This document shows positions 19,573-29,319 of a DNA stretch of 64,000 nt, piece after piece. Positions within the stretch are counted from its first letter, which is position 1. Each line of letters starts with the position of its first letter. Source of the DNA: Desulfocapsa sp. (GTDB lineage Bacteria > Desulfobacterota > Desulfobulbia > Desulfobulbales > Desulfocapsaceae); NCBI GenBank assembly GCA_030145625.1, contig JAQYVF010000007.1, positions 22,607 to 86,606 on the forward strand. The letters run 5' to 3'. The translations under genes and the position numbers were made by a program. The notes under the pieces are model-generated. The model was not told where the DNA came from. It ran no database searches and was given only the letters and a program-made list of their open reading frames with translations.

Positions 19573-21236
19573 TTCGTGAAAGTCTGAAAGAGATAGTTGA
19601 TACCTGCTTTGCTCAAGGGGTAAGTGAAGGAAAATGGTCGGATGCGGCTGCCGGGAAATATTCGCTGGAGGTCCCTAAACGAGAAGGTCAAGGGGATTTT
19701 TCCACGAACATGGCCATGGTCATGGCCGGTATGGAGAAAAAAAATCCCAGGGAGATTGCAGGGGCTGTGATGGAACTGCTCGCTGCTGAAGAGAAACTCA
19801 TTGAGAAACTGGAAATTGCCGGACCCGGTTTTGTCAATATCTTCCTGAAGCCTCAGGTGTGGCAGGAGGTTCTGAAACCTATACGCAAGGCAGGAGAAAG
19901 TTTTGGCAGTTCAACGGTGGGAAATGGGAAAAGGGTCCTCGTTGAATTCGTCAGTGCTAATCCCACCGGGCCATTGAGTATTGGTCATGGACGTCAGGCT
20001 ATTCTTGGCGATGCCATTGCCAGACTCTTGGAAATTACCGGTCACGAGGTTTATCGCGAATATTATTTCAACGATGCCGGGCGGCAGATGCGCGTACTCG
20101 GAGAGTCCACCCGTGCCCGTTATCTCGAACTTCAGGGCCTCCCCTTTGTGTTCCCGGAGGATGGGTATCAGGGTGAGTATATCAAAAATATCGCTCAGGC
20201 CCTTCTTGATGAACAAGGAGATTCACTTGTTGGTCAGGAGGATGTGAAACCTTTTACCAAAAAAGCGGTGGAGCTGATATTCGCAGATATTGCAGGTACG
20301 CTTGAGCAAATGGGGGTTCGCTTTGATAATTACTATAATGAGCATACCCTTTATGATAACGGACATATCGATTCGGTGGTGAGCGAGCTCAGAGAAAAGG
20401 GGCTGGTCTACGAAAAAGATGATGCGGTATGGTTCAAGACTACTGAATTTGGGCAGGAACAGGATCGTGTTATTATCAAATCCAGTGGTGAACCTACCTA
20501 CCGCCTTCCCGATATAGCCTACCACCGGGAAAAATTTCGGCGTAATTTCGATTGGCTGGTGGATGTTTTTGGCTCTGATCATATAGCCACGGTCCCGGAT
20601 GTCCTTTCCGGGGTGGAGGCTCTGGGATATGATCCCAAGAAAGTGACAGTGGTTCTGCATCAATTCGTTACACTGACCCGTAACGGGAAGCTGGTGAAGA
20701 TGTCCACTCGAAAAGCCACCTTTATTACTGTGGATGAGTTGCTTGAGGAGGTTGGTGCCGATGTAGCCCGCTTTTACTTTATGATGCGCAAGGCAGACAG
20801 TCAGCTTGAATTTGATCTCGATCTTGCCACCAAAGAAGAGAAGGACAATCCTGTTTACTATGTACAATATGGCCACGCCCGTCTCTGTTCCATCCTGCGC
20901 CGGGCCAAGGAAATGGGACTTGACGCTGAAAAAACAGAAGAGGCAGATCTTTCTCTTCTCGTGGAAGCAGAAGAGCTGCAGCTGTTAAAGAGTATCGCAG
21001 CCTTTCCAGCAGCTATTGAAACAGCAGCCTTGGAGCTTGCTCCTCACAAGGCCATATTTTTCTTGATGGAACTTGCAGGGGAACTGCATAGCTATTATAA
21101 TAAACACAAGGTGATAGATCCTGAAAACGTACCCTTGGCAGTAACTCAAGCCCGTCTTTGCCTGGTGGCAGGTGTGCAGCAAGTTTTTAGAAATGGCTTG
21201 CTGATGCTGGGTCTCACAGCCCCCGAGAAAATGTAA
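19569..21236 (+). CDS. argS: Arginine--tRNA ligase
   Basis: HIGH-type motif ANPTGPLSIGHGR and KMSKS-type motif VKMSTRK. ATGA overlap with alr. Confidence 0.95.
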   Translation: MIRESLKEIVDTCFAQGVSEGKWSDAAAGKYSLEVPKREGQGDFSTNMAMVMAGMEKKNPREIAGAVMELLAAEEKLIEKLEIAGPGFVNIFLKPQVWQEVLKPIRKAGESFGSSTVGNGKRVLVEFVSANPTGPLSIGHGRQAILGDAIARLLEITGHEVYREYYFNDAGRQMRVLGESTRARYLELQGLPFVFPEDGYQGEYIKNIAQALLDEQGDSLVGQEDVKPFTKKAVELIFADIAGTLEQMGVRFDNYYNEHTLYDNGHIDSVVSELREKGLVYEKDDAVWFKTTEFGQEQDRVIIKSSGEPTYRLPDIAYHREKFRRNFDWLVDVFGSDHIATVPDVLSGVEALGYDPKKVTVVLHQFVTLTRNGKLVKMSTRKATFITVDELLEEVGADVARFYFMMRKADSQLEFDLDLATKEEKDNPVYYVQYGHARLCSILRRAKEMGLDAEKTEEADLSLLVEAEELQLLKSIAAFPAAIETAALELAPHKAIFFLMELAGELHSYYNKHKVIDPENVPLAVTQARLCLVAGVQQVFRNGLLMLGLTAPEKM

Positions 21237-21506
21237 CGTGGGAGATCCGAATGAGCGGCTATGGTCTTCCCATGCCGCTTGCAGTGATTACGCACCGTTG
21301 GAGCCTGCTAACTGTAATGTTTAATTTGCCTCTATATGAAACTCAGCTACGAATCAGACTTTCTTCGACTATTGTTGTGTTCCTGCCATACAATACGACT
21401 TGGTAAAAAAACCTCCGCAAATCCAAGCTAGACAGAGCCCTAATAATTTGCTGGCTGAGTTTGCTTAAGAGGCACAATGTTTAATAGATATTGCTGAATT
21501 AACCCG

Positions 21507-21764
21507 ATGGCCGCAAGAAAACGAAAAAAAGCAGTACCAAAGATCAAATTCCAAGTGACGAAAAGCGGGATAGCCGGAATTGGCGTGGTCTGCTTTTGTG
21601 TTTTCCTCTGGATGTTTCTTCTCGGAGTGTGGGCTGGGCAATCTCTGCTTTTTCCGCCGGTGAGTGCAGACCAGCTTTCACCGGTACTGTATGATAGCGG
21701 AGAAGGAAAGCAGGTACTCGATGTTATCCGCATAGAGGCGGAAAAGAAAAAGATAAAAAGTTAA
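21507..21764 (+). CDS. Hypothetical small membrane protein
   Basis: 85 aa with a basic N-terminus (AARKRKK) and one TM segment. It sits in the position after argS. No domain recognised. Confidence 0.35.
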   Translation: MAARKRKKAVPKIKFQVTKSGIAGIGVVCFCVFLWMFLLGVWAGQSLLFPPVSADQLSPVLYDSGEGKQVLDVIRIEAEKKKIKS

Positions 21765-21890
21765 AAATCCTGGCATTCCACCCAAAAAGACTTACTATAC
21801 AACACGGTGATGTTCAGCCTCTCCTCTTCAGGACCATTTGAACACTGATATATTATTGAATACTTATGCCGGTAGAGCCGGTTCCCTCCT

Positions 21891-22376
21891 ATGATACGAA
21901 ATGCCAGGATGGGGGATGTGAAGGAAATTCATTCCCTACTCAACTATTATGCCGGTAAGGGCTTGCTGCTTAGCCGGTCTTTCAGCTCTCTCTATGACCA
22001 ACTCCGAGATTTTAAGGTCTTTGCTGATGAGAGTGGTGAACTTCTTGGAGTCTGTGCTTTGCATATCAGTTGGGCTGATCTTGCTGAAATCCGTTCTCTG
22101 GCTGTTAAGGAAGGTGTTCAGGGACAGAAAATCGGGGCAAAGTTGGTGCGCAGCTGTCTTGAAGAAGCAAAAGAGTTCGGGATTTCCAATGTCTTTACCC
22201 TCACTTACCAATCCGATTTTTTTCGTAAACAGGGGTTTACTGATGCAGACAAGAGGGATCTGCCGCATAAGATCTGGAGTGACTGCTTGAATTGTAGTAA
22301 ATTTCCGGATTGTGATGAGGAGGCCCTGCAGTGCAAGGTCTTCGATGTCATTCCTGATACCGTGAGTAATGTGTAA
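21891..22376 (+). CDS. GNAT-family N-acetyltransferase (short ArgA-like amino-acid N-acetyltransferase)
   Basis: Acetyl-CoA motif RSLAVKEGVQGQKIGAKLV. It resembles the single-domain N-acetylglutamate synthases. Confidence 0.7.
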   Translation: MIRNARMGDVKEIHSLLNYYAGKGLLLSRSFSSLYDQLRDFKVFADESGELLGVCALHISWADLAEIRSLAVKEGVQGQKIGAKLVRSCLEEAKEFGISNVFTLTYQSDFFRKQGFTDADKRDLPHKIWSDCLNCSKFPDCDEEALQCKVFDVIPDTVSNV

Positions 22377-22420
22377 TAACTCTGCTCGACACTGCTTTAT
22401 AACCAAGGTGAATTCTTGAA

Positions 22421-24976
22421 ATGATAGGTAACGTACTGACGAAAGTTTTTGGAAGTAAGAATGATCGGGTGCTTAAACAAATACGCCCTCTGGTCAACAG
22501 AATTAATGAACTTGAAGATACTGTAATCTCCCTCGATGATGGACAGCTTGCGGCCAGGACCGTTGAGTTCCGGGAGCGCCTGGCCAAGGGAGAAGAACTG
22601 GATCAACTCCTTCCCGAGTCCTTTGCTACCATCCGTGAGGCTGCCAAAAGGGTGCTTGGAGAACGTCATTACGATGTTCAGTTGATTGGTGGCGTCATTC
22701 TCCATCAGGGAAAGATAGCTGAGATGAAAACCGGTGAGGGAAAGACATTGACCTCAACCCTGCCCGTCTATTTGAATGCCCTGACTGGAAAAGGGGTACA
22801 TCTGGTTACGGTTAATGACTACCTGGCTGCACGTGATGCCGATTGGATGGGACAGATCTACCGTTCACTTGGGATCAGTGTGGGCAAGATCGTTCATGAT
22901 ATGGATGATGAGCTCCGTCGTGAAGCATACGCGGCTGATGTTACTTATGGAACCAATAACGAATTCGGTTTTGATTATCTCCGCGACAATATGAAATTTG
23001 AAATGAGCGATTTCTGTCAACGTGGCTTCAATTTTGCCATCGTCGATGAGGTTGACTCTATTCTTATTGATGAGGCCAGGACACCACTCATTATTTCCGG
23101 TCCGGCAGAGATTTCCACAGAGATGTATGTCAGTGTTGATAAAATCATGTCAGCCTTTAATGTTGAAGAACATTATCTGGTGGATGAGAAATCCAAGCAG
23201 GTTGCTCTCTCCGAGGAAGGTATTAGCCTTGGAGAAAAGTTACTGGAAGTGGAAAATCTTTATGAGCCTGATGCCATTGAACAGTTGCACCATCTGAATC
23301 AGGCCTTGAAGGCCCATGTCCTTTTTAAGCGTGATGTTGATTATATCGTCAAAAACGGTGAAGTGGTTATTGTCGACGAATTTACCGGTCGAACCATGGA
23401 AGGCCGCCGTTACAGCGATGGTCTGCATCAGGCCCTGGAAGCCAAAGAAGGGGTTAAGATTGAGAAGGAAAATCAGACTCTTGCCTCGATTACCTTCCAG
23501 AACTACTTTCGAATGTATGACAAGCTGTCAGGAATGACCGGTACGGCTGATACCGAGGCTCCAGAATTTAAAAAGATCTATGATCTCGACGTTGTTATCA
23601 TGCCTACCAATATGCCCATGGTGCGTCAAGATTTCCCTGATGTTATTTATAAAAATACAAAGGCAAAATATAGGGCAATCGCTCGTGAGGTTAAGGAACT
23701 GCATGAAAAGGGGCAGCCTGTACTCGTCGGTACTATTTCCATCGATGTCTCGGAATTGATTTCCAGGATGTTGAAAAAGGAAAAGATTGAACATGAGGTG
23801 CTCAATGCTAAACAGCATGATCGTGAAGCAGAGATCGTTGCCAATGCCGGGCAGTTCGGGAAGGTGACCATTGCCACCAATATGGCTGGCCGCGGTACTG
23901 ATATTAAGCTCAGTCCTGAATCACGAGAAGCTGGTGGCTTGCATATCCTCGGTACATCGCGCCACGAATCACGACGTATCGATAATCAGTTGCGTGGTCG
24001 TTCCGGCCGTCAGGGCGATCCTGGTTCTTCTCGTTTTTTCCTTTCCCTTGAGGATGATCTTCTCCGTATTTTCGGGTCCGGCAGGATTTCCGGGATCATG
24101 GATAAGCTTGGTATGGAAGAGGATGAACCCATTGAACACAACATGATTTCCAAGGCCATTGAAAATGCTCAACGTAAGGTAGAGGGGCATAACTTTGATA
24201 TTCGTAAACACCTGCTTGAGTATGACGATGTCATGAATAAGCAGCGTGAAGTGATCTACAGGCAACGTCGTGAGTTACTCTCCGGTGAAGATTTTGTGGC
24301 AGTGGTCAAGGATATGACCGGTGATCTCGTTGATACGGTTGTGGATGAATTTGCCAATGATCGTTTGGCCTCAGAAGACTGGGACTGGCAAGGGTTCGAT
24401 GAACGGATGCTGGATCTTTTTCAAATTACTCTTGATTGGAACGATGAGGACCGAAGCGGTATGGACCGTGAAGGTTTTCGGAAAAAGATCGATGGAATGG
24501 TTGAAGAGCATTACAGTGCTCAGGAGGCCCATAATGGAGATGAGGTCCAACGACATATGGAACGGGTTATTCTTCTGCAAATGGTAGACACCCATTGGAA
24601 GGATCATCTGCTGTCCATGGATCACCTCAAGCAGGGGATTGGTCTTCGCGGTTATGGTCAGAAAAACCCGCTGGATGAATATAAGAAGGAGGGATATAAT
24701 CTCTTCTTGAATATGGTAGAGACTGTTAAGCAGCAGACTGTGTCCACCCTCATGCGTATAAGGATAGTCCATGAGGATGATGTAGAACGCCTGGAAGAGG
24801 AAAGGCGACGACAGCGCAGAGAGCTTGAACAGGTGACTATGAACAAGGGCCCGGCTGGTGAAGAGACTGTTGCAGCCAAACCGGAGAAGCGGGAAGGGGA
24901 GAAAGTTGGGCGTAATGCCTCCTGCCCCTGCGGCTCCGGTAAAAAATACAAAAAATGCTGCGGTAAGCCAAGCTGA
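22421..24976 (+). CDS. secA: Preprotein translocase ATPase SecA
   Basis: Walker [10 protein letters not shown], the DEAD-like box [15 protein letters not shown], and a C-terminal zinc-binding tail [14 protein letters not shown]. Confidence 0.97.
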   Translation: MIGNVLTKVFGSKNDRVLKQIRPLVNRINELEDTVISLDDGQLAARTVEFRERLAKGEELDQLLPESFATIREAAKRVLGERHYDVQLIGGVILHQGKIAEMKTGEGKTLTSTLPVYLNALTGKGVHLVTVNDYLAARDADWMGQIYRSLGISVGKIVHDMDDELRREAYAADVTYGTNNEFGFDYLRDNMKFEMSDFCQRGFNFAIVDEVDSILIDEARTPLIISGPAEISTEMYVSVDKIMSAFNVEEHYLVDEKSKQVALSEEGISLGEKLLEVENLYEPDAIEQLHHLNQALKAHVLFKRDVDYIVKNGEVVIVDEFTGRTMEGRRYSDGLHQALEAKEGVKIEKENQTLASITFQNYFRMYDKLSGMTGTADTEAPEFKKIYDLDVVIMPTNMPMVRQDFPDVIYKNTKAKYRAIAREVKELHEKGQPVLVGTISIDVSELISRMLKKEKIEHEVLNAKQHDREAEIVANAGQFGKVTIATNMAGRGTDIKLSPESREAGGLHILGTSRHESRRIDNQLRGRSGRQGDPGSSRFFLSLEDDLLRIFGSGRISGIMDKLGMEEDEPIEHNMISKAIENAQRKVEGHNFDIRKHLLEYDDVMNKQREVIYRQRRELLSGEDFVAVVKDMTGDLVDTVVDEFANDRLASEDWDWQGFDERMLDLFQITLDWNDEDRSGMDREGFRKKIDGMVEEHYSAQEAHNGDEVQRHMERVILLQMVDTHWKDHLLSMDHLKQGIGLRGYGQKNPLDEYKKEGYNLFLNMVETVKQQTVSTLMRIRIVHEDDVERLEEERRRQRRELEQVTMNKGPAGEETVAAKPEKREGEKVGRNASCPCGSGKKYKKCCGKPS

Positions 24977-24980
24977 TTAT

Positions 24981-25130
24981 AGGGTACCTTGAAAAATTAG
25001 ATTTTTTGTTCAAGATCGAGGAACAGACGAAAAAATAAGCGCAGCATATAGTTTATATGTGAGCATTAATTTTTTGACTGTGACGAAGAGTTTGGGCAAA
25101 AAGGCAATTTTTCGTGGTGGCCTATAGTCT
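24981..25130. repeat. MITE-like palindromic dispersed repeat, copy A (150 bp) in the secA 3' region
   Basis: The 5' arm 24981-25021 matches 58214-58254 at 38/41. The 3' arm 25083-25130 matches 58343-58390 at 41/48 (hand counts). The termini are inverted repeats (AGGGTACCTTGAAAAATT versus the reverse complement of AATTTTTCGTGGTGGCCT). Confidence 0.65.
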
Positions 25131-25144
25131 GTAGTTTAATATAG

Positions 25145-25195
25145 AAAAGCAAAAAGGCTATGGAGGGGGAAACCCTCCATAGCCTTTTTGCTTTT
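25145..25195. terminator. Bidirectional rho-independent terminator between secA and ppk2
   Basis: A perfect 23-bp stem, AAAAGCAAAAAGGCTATGGAGGG / CCCTCCATAGCCTTTTTGCTTTT, with a 5-nt loop. The A-tract and T-tract are built into the arms. Confidence 0.8.
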
Positions 25196-25211
25196 GTTCG
25201 AGTTGAATCTG

Positions 25212-26132
25212 TTAGCCGTGGAGGTTTTCCGGGTTCATGATGTTCTCCTCCATGTGTCTGAGTTCATCGATTCCGGAGACTATGATCTCAGGATCGTACT
25301 CCAGGTAGCGTTTTGGAAGTTTTCCTTCATACTCCATATTGGAGAGGAGGAATTTCATGCAGTTTATACGTGCTTTTTTCTTTACATCCGAACGGATAAT
25401 CGTCCAGGGGGCCATGGTTCGGTTTGTCTCAGACAGCATTTGAAACTTGCGCACCGAGTATTGGTCCCAGTATTCCTGGGCCAGATTGTCCACCGGGGAG
25501 AGTTTGTATTGTTTGAGCGGATCTTCTTTTCTGGAATCAAAGCGTTCCTTTTGGACATCTTTGGATACCGAGAAGTAGAACTTGAAAAGTTTAATCCCGT
25601 CTTTGACCATTAACTCTTCCAGCAGTGGGGCGTCTTTCAGGAAGCGTTTATTTTGTTCATCGGTACAGAATCCCATGACCGGTTCTACCATGGCCCTGTT
25701 GTACCAGCTTCGATCAAAGATCACGAGTTCTCCGGCCGCAGGCAGGTGTGGCGTGTAACGCTGGAAGTACCATTGGGTTATCTCGGTTTCATTGGGCTTG
25801 GTCAGGGCAACTACTCGAGTGTTCCTGGGGTTGAGATTGGTTGTGATTCGTTTGATGGTCCCGCCCTTACCGGCAGCGTCCCGGCCTTCAAAGATAGCCA
25901 GTAAACGGTCGCCATTGGCTTTCATGTGCCGCTGCAGTTTCATGAGTTCGATCTGCAGGAGTTTGAGTTCTCTTTCATAGGCGATGTGCCAGTTTTTTAC
26001 CCAGATAGCTTTTTTGCCTTTGGATTCTTTCTTTTTTTCGTTTTTCAGGGCAGTGCCTTCCAGCAGTTTGAATTCTATTGCCTCGATTTCTTTCAGTGAT
26101 TGTTTGCTTTTCTTACCATTTTTTTCTGACAT
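25212..26132 (-). CDS. ppk2: Polyphosphate kinase 2 (single-domain PPK2)
   Basis: Walker A-like FEGRDAAGKGGTIKRI and the lid region DRSWYNRAMVEPVMGF. Confidence 0.9.
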   Translation of the reverse strand: MSEKNGKKSKQSLKEIEAIEFKLLEGTALKNEKKKESKGKKAIWVKNWHIAYERELKLLQIELMKLQRHMKANGDRLLAIFEGRDAAGKGGTIKRITTNLNPRNTRVVALTKPNETEITQWYFQRYTPHLPAAGELVIFDRSWYNRAMVEPVMGFCTDEQNKRFLKDAPLLEELMVKDGIKLFKFYFSVSKDVQKERFDSRKEDPLKQYKLSPVDNLAQEYWDQYSVRKFQMLSETNRTMAPWTIIRSDVKKKARINCMKFLLSNMEYEGKLPKRYLEYDPEIIVSGIDELRHMEENIMNPENLHG

Positions 26133-26156
26133 GACTAATTCCTCGGAAAGGGGAGC

Positions 26157-27128
26157 TCAACTCAATGGTGCTCCATATTGTTTTTTCTCTTGTTTCATTA
26201 ACTTTAATTCGCGATTTCCTGCGATAACGATTTGCGGATTGACTTTAAAATCGAGTTTTCTGCTACGTCCGCGGTATTTAACGGAGTTGAGAATCAGTTT
26301 CATGGTCTCTCGGCGTGCCAAATGTTTATCATCGGAGCGGACAACCCACCATTTGGATTCTCTGGTGTGCGTCTTCTGGAGGAGGACTTTTTTCTTTTCA
26401 GTGAATTCGTCCCAGAGTTCCTGGGCCTGAAGATCCACCTCGCTGAGTTTCCATTGACGTAATGGGTCATTTTTTCTTCTTTCAAAACGTCGTGATTGTT
26501 CTTCCTTGGTAACGGAAAAATAGAGTTTGAGGAGGATGGTACGGCCGGCATCAAGGATAAAGTTTTGTTCATAGGCGGTAACTTTCTTCAAAAAACGGCG
26601 ATATTGGTCTTTCGAGCAAAAACCCATAACCGGTTCCACCATGGCACGATTATACCAGCTTCTGTCAAAAAGGACGATCTCACCGGCATGGGGGAAACGT
26701 TCAATATAACGTTTCATGTGTAGTTCGGTCTTCTGGGTTTCTGTGGGTTTGCCCAGGGCTTCTACACGATACCGTTTTTCATTCATATAGCGGGCAACCC
26801 TGCGGATGGTTCCACCCTTACCCGAGGCATCACGTCCATCAAAAAGGATGATCATTTTTTTGCCGGTTTTCTCAAGATGGGACTGCATTTTAATGAGTTC
26901 TGCCTGGTATGGCTTTAATTCTTCAGAATTGTAATATTTAAGTAGTGCTGCCTCGACAATCTCTTCTTTGTGACGTTCCTTCAGTACAGAGAGAATCTTG
27001 CGGCTTTTTTCGTCGGGTGGCTGGGAATGGAATTCCGCATCAAGTTTGTCGACAAACTTGCGGATAATGGCCGTGGTACCTTTGGGCTCAAAATCCATTG
27101 GGCTACTTTTTTTCTTCCTTGCTGTCAT
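26157..27128 (-). CDS. ppk2: Polyphosphate kinase 2 (second, tandem paralogue)
   Basis: FDGRDASGKGGTIRRV and DRSWYNRAMVEPVMGF. It is clearly paralogous to 25212..26132. Confidence 0.9.
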   Translation of the reverse strand: MTARKKKSSPMDFEPKGTTAIIRKFVDKLDAEFHSQPPDEKSRKILSVLKERHKEEIVEAALLKYYNSEELKPYQAELIKMQSHLEKTGKKMIILFDGRDASGKGGTIRRVARYMNEKRYRVEALGKPTETQKTELHMKRYIERFPHAGEIVLFDRSWYNRAMVEPVMGFCSKDQYRRFLKKVTAYEQNFILDAGRTILLKLYFSVTKEEQSRRFERRKNDPLRQWKLSEVDLQAQELWDEFTEKKKVLLQKTHTRESKWWVVRSDDKHLARRETMKLILNSVKYRGRSRKLDFKVNPQIVIAGNRELKLMKQEKKQYGAPLS

Positions 27129-27399
27129 GATGATTCCTTTTGATAAATATTTTCATATACGAATTAATAATAGCAGTAACAACCCTGCAACTGCAAATAT
27201 TAATGGAATTTTCTATCTGAATTTAACTGCATGGTAAATTTTATGAATGTTGTCCCGCTCTAAGGCCTGGAGCAGGAGGTCTACCGACTGCCTGATGTGA
27301 TACAAATAGGCCTGTACGGTTTTGTTGTCTGACTCTTCAATGGCTGGAGCGAAGAAGTTATCGTGACTATATGAGAAAAGAAAGGAGTTCATATGATCA

Positions 27400-28905
27400 T
27401 CACAGAAGAGGGCCAATGATAAGCGCAGAATTTTCAAAGAATTTTTCAAGATAAGTACGCTGGGACATGACCTCGAGATTCAGGGGGAGGGATTGGGATT
27501 CATAACGACTTTGTACTTGGCGGAGTTCTGTCGTGAAGGAACGGTTATAGATAAAGAGAGTGGCCTCAAAGTTGAGCCAGAAACTTCGCATATCCAGGTT
27601 TACAGAGCCAAAAAGGGCGAATTCATCATCTACGGTTATGGTTTTGGAGTGCAGCAATCCCCCTGAAAAAAGTTTGATGGATACTCCGCTGGCAGCTAGA
27701 GTTTCATATCTGGCTCGACTGGCGTAGTGTACAAGTTTCGAGTCATTAATTTCCGGAACGATGATGCGGACATCGACTCCTCGCTGGGCGGCAGATTGGA
27801 GTGCAGTAAGCAGTGATTCATCAGGGACAAAATAGGGAGTGGTCAGGGTGATATTTTTCCGTGCTGCATAGATGGTGGTCAGGAGGAGGTTGTGAATAGC
27901 TTCCGGGGTAAAATCGGGTCCGGACGGGACCAGTTGTACAGGGATATCACCGGCAAAGGGCTGTGGGCGGACGTCAGCTATGGAACGTACGTGCTCAATG
28001 TCTTCTTCCAGGGAGCGTGAAGTTGCTTTTTCAGCATCTGTCTCCATAAACCAGTCACTGATAAAGGTGCCGGCAATGGATTCGACCACTGGTCCCTTGA
28101 TGCGAACCATGATATCCACCCATTGTCCTACTCCGGAGTCTTGTTTGAAAAATCCGGGGTCAACCATATTCTGACTTCCGGTATAGGCAATTCTGCCGTC
28201 TATCACGACAATTTTTCGATGGTTTCTGATGTCTATTCTGACGAAAAGGGCCTTGAAAAATCCGGCAGGCAGGGCGGCCAGTACTTTGATTCCAGCTCCA
28301 CGCAGTTCTTTGACCTTTTTCCCCCTTAAAAAATCTTTGCTGCCTATGGCGTCCACCAGAATGCGGCAGGTAACTCCTCTCTTCTTTGCCATGATCAAAG
28401 CGGCAATAACTTCATCGGCAGTACCACCTTCCTGCCAGATGTAGAATTGGAGGTGACAACTGTTTCTGGCTGCATCAATATCTCTGATGATGGCGCGCAT
28501 GATTTTTTCTGGTTCTTCGATGAGTTCCAGACTATTTCCGTCAAGGGTCGGGATACCGATGAGGGTATCTGCCTGGCGATGAATGGGTTCCAGAGCAGGG
28601 TTGAGCTTGGACCAGTCTATCGGTGCATTGTTTCTCATTGATGAGAGCCAGTTGTGATAGTGTTCAAGGGAATTTCTGGTTCGAGAGGCCCTGGTTTCGC
28701 CAATCCTGTTTTCCCCGAAAAAAAGATAGACAATGGCGCCAAGAAAGGGAAGAAGGAGGATAACAATAAGCCATGCAAGGGTGACGCCGTACTGACGTTG
28801 GCGCATGATTACCCGGATGGAGAGCCCCAAACGAATAGCAAGGTCTGCCAGGGGGAGGAGGTAGGGGAGAATAGTTGCGCTCCAGTGGTAAGTCTCTGCT
28901 GTCAT
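27400..28905 (-). CDS. cls: Cardiolipin synthase (PLD superfamily)
   Basis: Two N-terminal TM segments and two HKD motifs (HRKIVVIDG and HSKTITVDD). Confidence 0.9.
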   Translation of the reverse strand: MTAETYHWSATILPYLLPLADLAIRLGLSIRVIMRQRQYGVTLAWLIVILLLPFLGAIVYLFFGENRIGETRASRTRNSLEHYHNWLSSMRNNAPIDWSKLNPALEPIHRQADTLIGIPTLDGNSLELIEEPEKIMRAIIRDIDAARNSCHLQFYIWQEGGTADEVIAALIMAKKRGVTCRILVDAIGSKDFLRGKKVKELRGAGIKVLAALPAGFFKALFVRIDIRNHRKIVVIDGRIAYTGSQNMVDPGFFKQDSGVGQWVDIMVRIKGPVVESIAGTFISDWFMETDAEKATSRSLEEDIEHVRSIADVRPQPFAGDIPVQLVPSGPDFTPEAIHNLLLTTIYAARKNITLTTPYFVPDESLLTALQSAAQRGVDVRIIVPEINDSKLVHYASRARYETLAASGVSIKLFSGGLLHSKTITVDDEFALFGSVNLDMRSFWLNFEATLFIYNRSFTTELRQVQSRYESQSLPLNLEVMSQRTYLEKFFENSALIIGPLL

Positions 28906-29319
28906 TTGATCAGATCCGGGGAAGATGAAAAAAAGTTTTTTGCATATATTTATCCAGTTTACACGGGGGGAATGAAATGTAAAAGATCTAATTTTTCACT
29001 GGCATAATCACTCCTGAGGATGGTAGAAAGAGAATTCTTGTCAGTTCTTGACTCCCCAGTTACATAAGTTTTCCACATACTGGGGGGGGTGAAGACTACG
29101 CTTACCTGTTTTGGGGATGATCTTTGCGTTATGTGAAAAAATATCTCCAAAATACAACAAGATGTATGCAAGGGTTTTTCTTACAGGATACCTGTGCTAC
29201 AATTTTCCACATGCCTCGAAGTATCATCGATAACTGTCGATATCGAATTCGTTTGTCTGATCTTTGAGCGAAAAACTTAATTTTTTACGGTCTCTTATTT
29301 TAGATAGGGAAAAGAAAAA

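Noticed and set aside
24981-25130. Target-site duplications flanking the two MITE-like copies.
   Set aside because: The flanks (gattat/atagtc for copy A, taattct/ctattct for copy B) give no unambiguous direct duplication, because the exact element ends are uncertain. I make no TSD claim.
27213-27449. 78-aa track ORF overlapping the cls stop codon. A shorter 59-aa version runs 27213..27392.
   Set aside because: There is no Shine-Dalgarno sequence before either start and no recognisable domain. It may be real, since it fills the cls-ppk2 gap, but the evidence is insufficient to annotate it.
29237-29246. Perfect 10-bp palindrome TCGATATCGA and a duplicated TTTTCCACAT motif upstream of argJ, considered as a possible arginine-repressor operator.
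   Set aside because: It does not resemble the ARG-box consensus I know (TNTGAATWWWWATTCANW). A short palindrome in an intergenic region of more than 400 nt can arise by chance.
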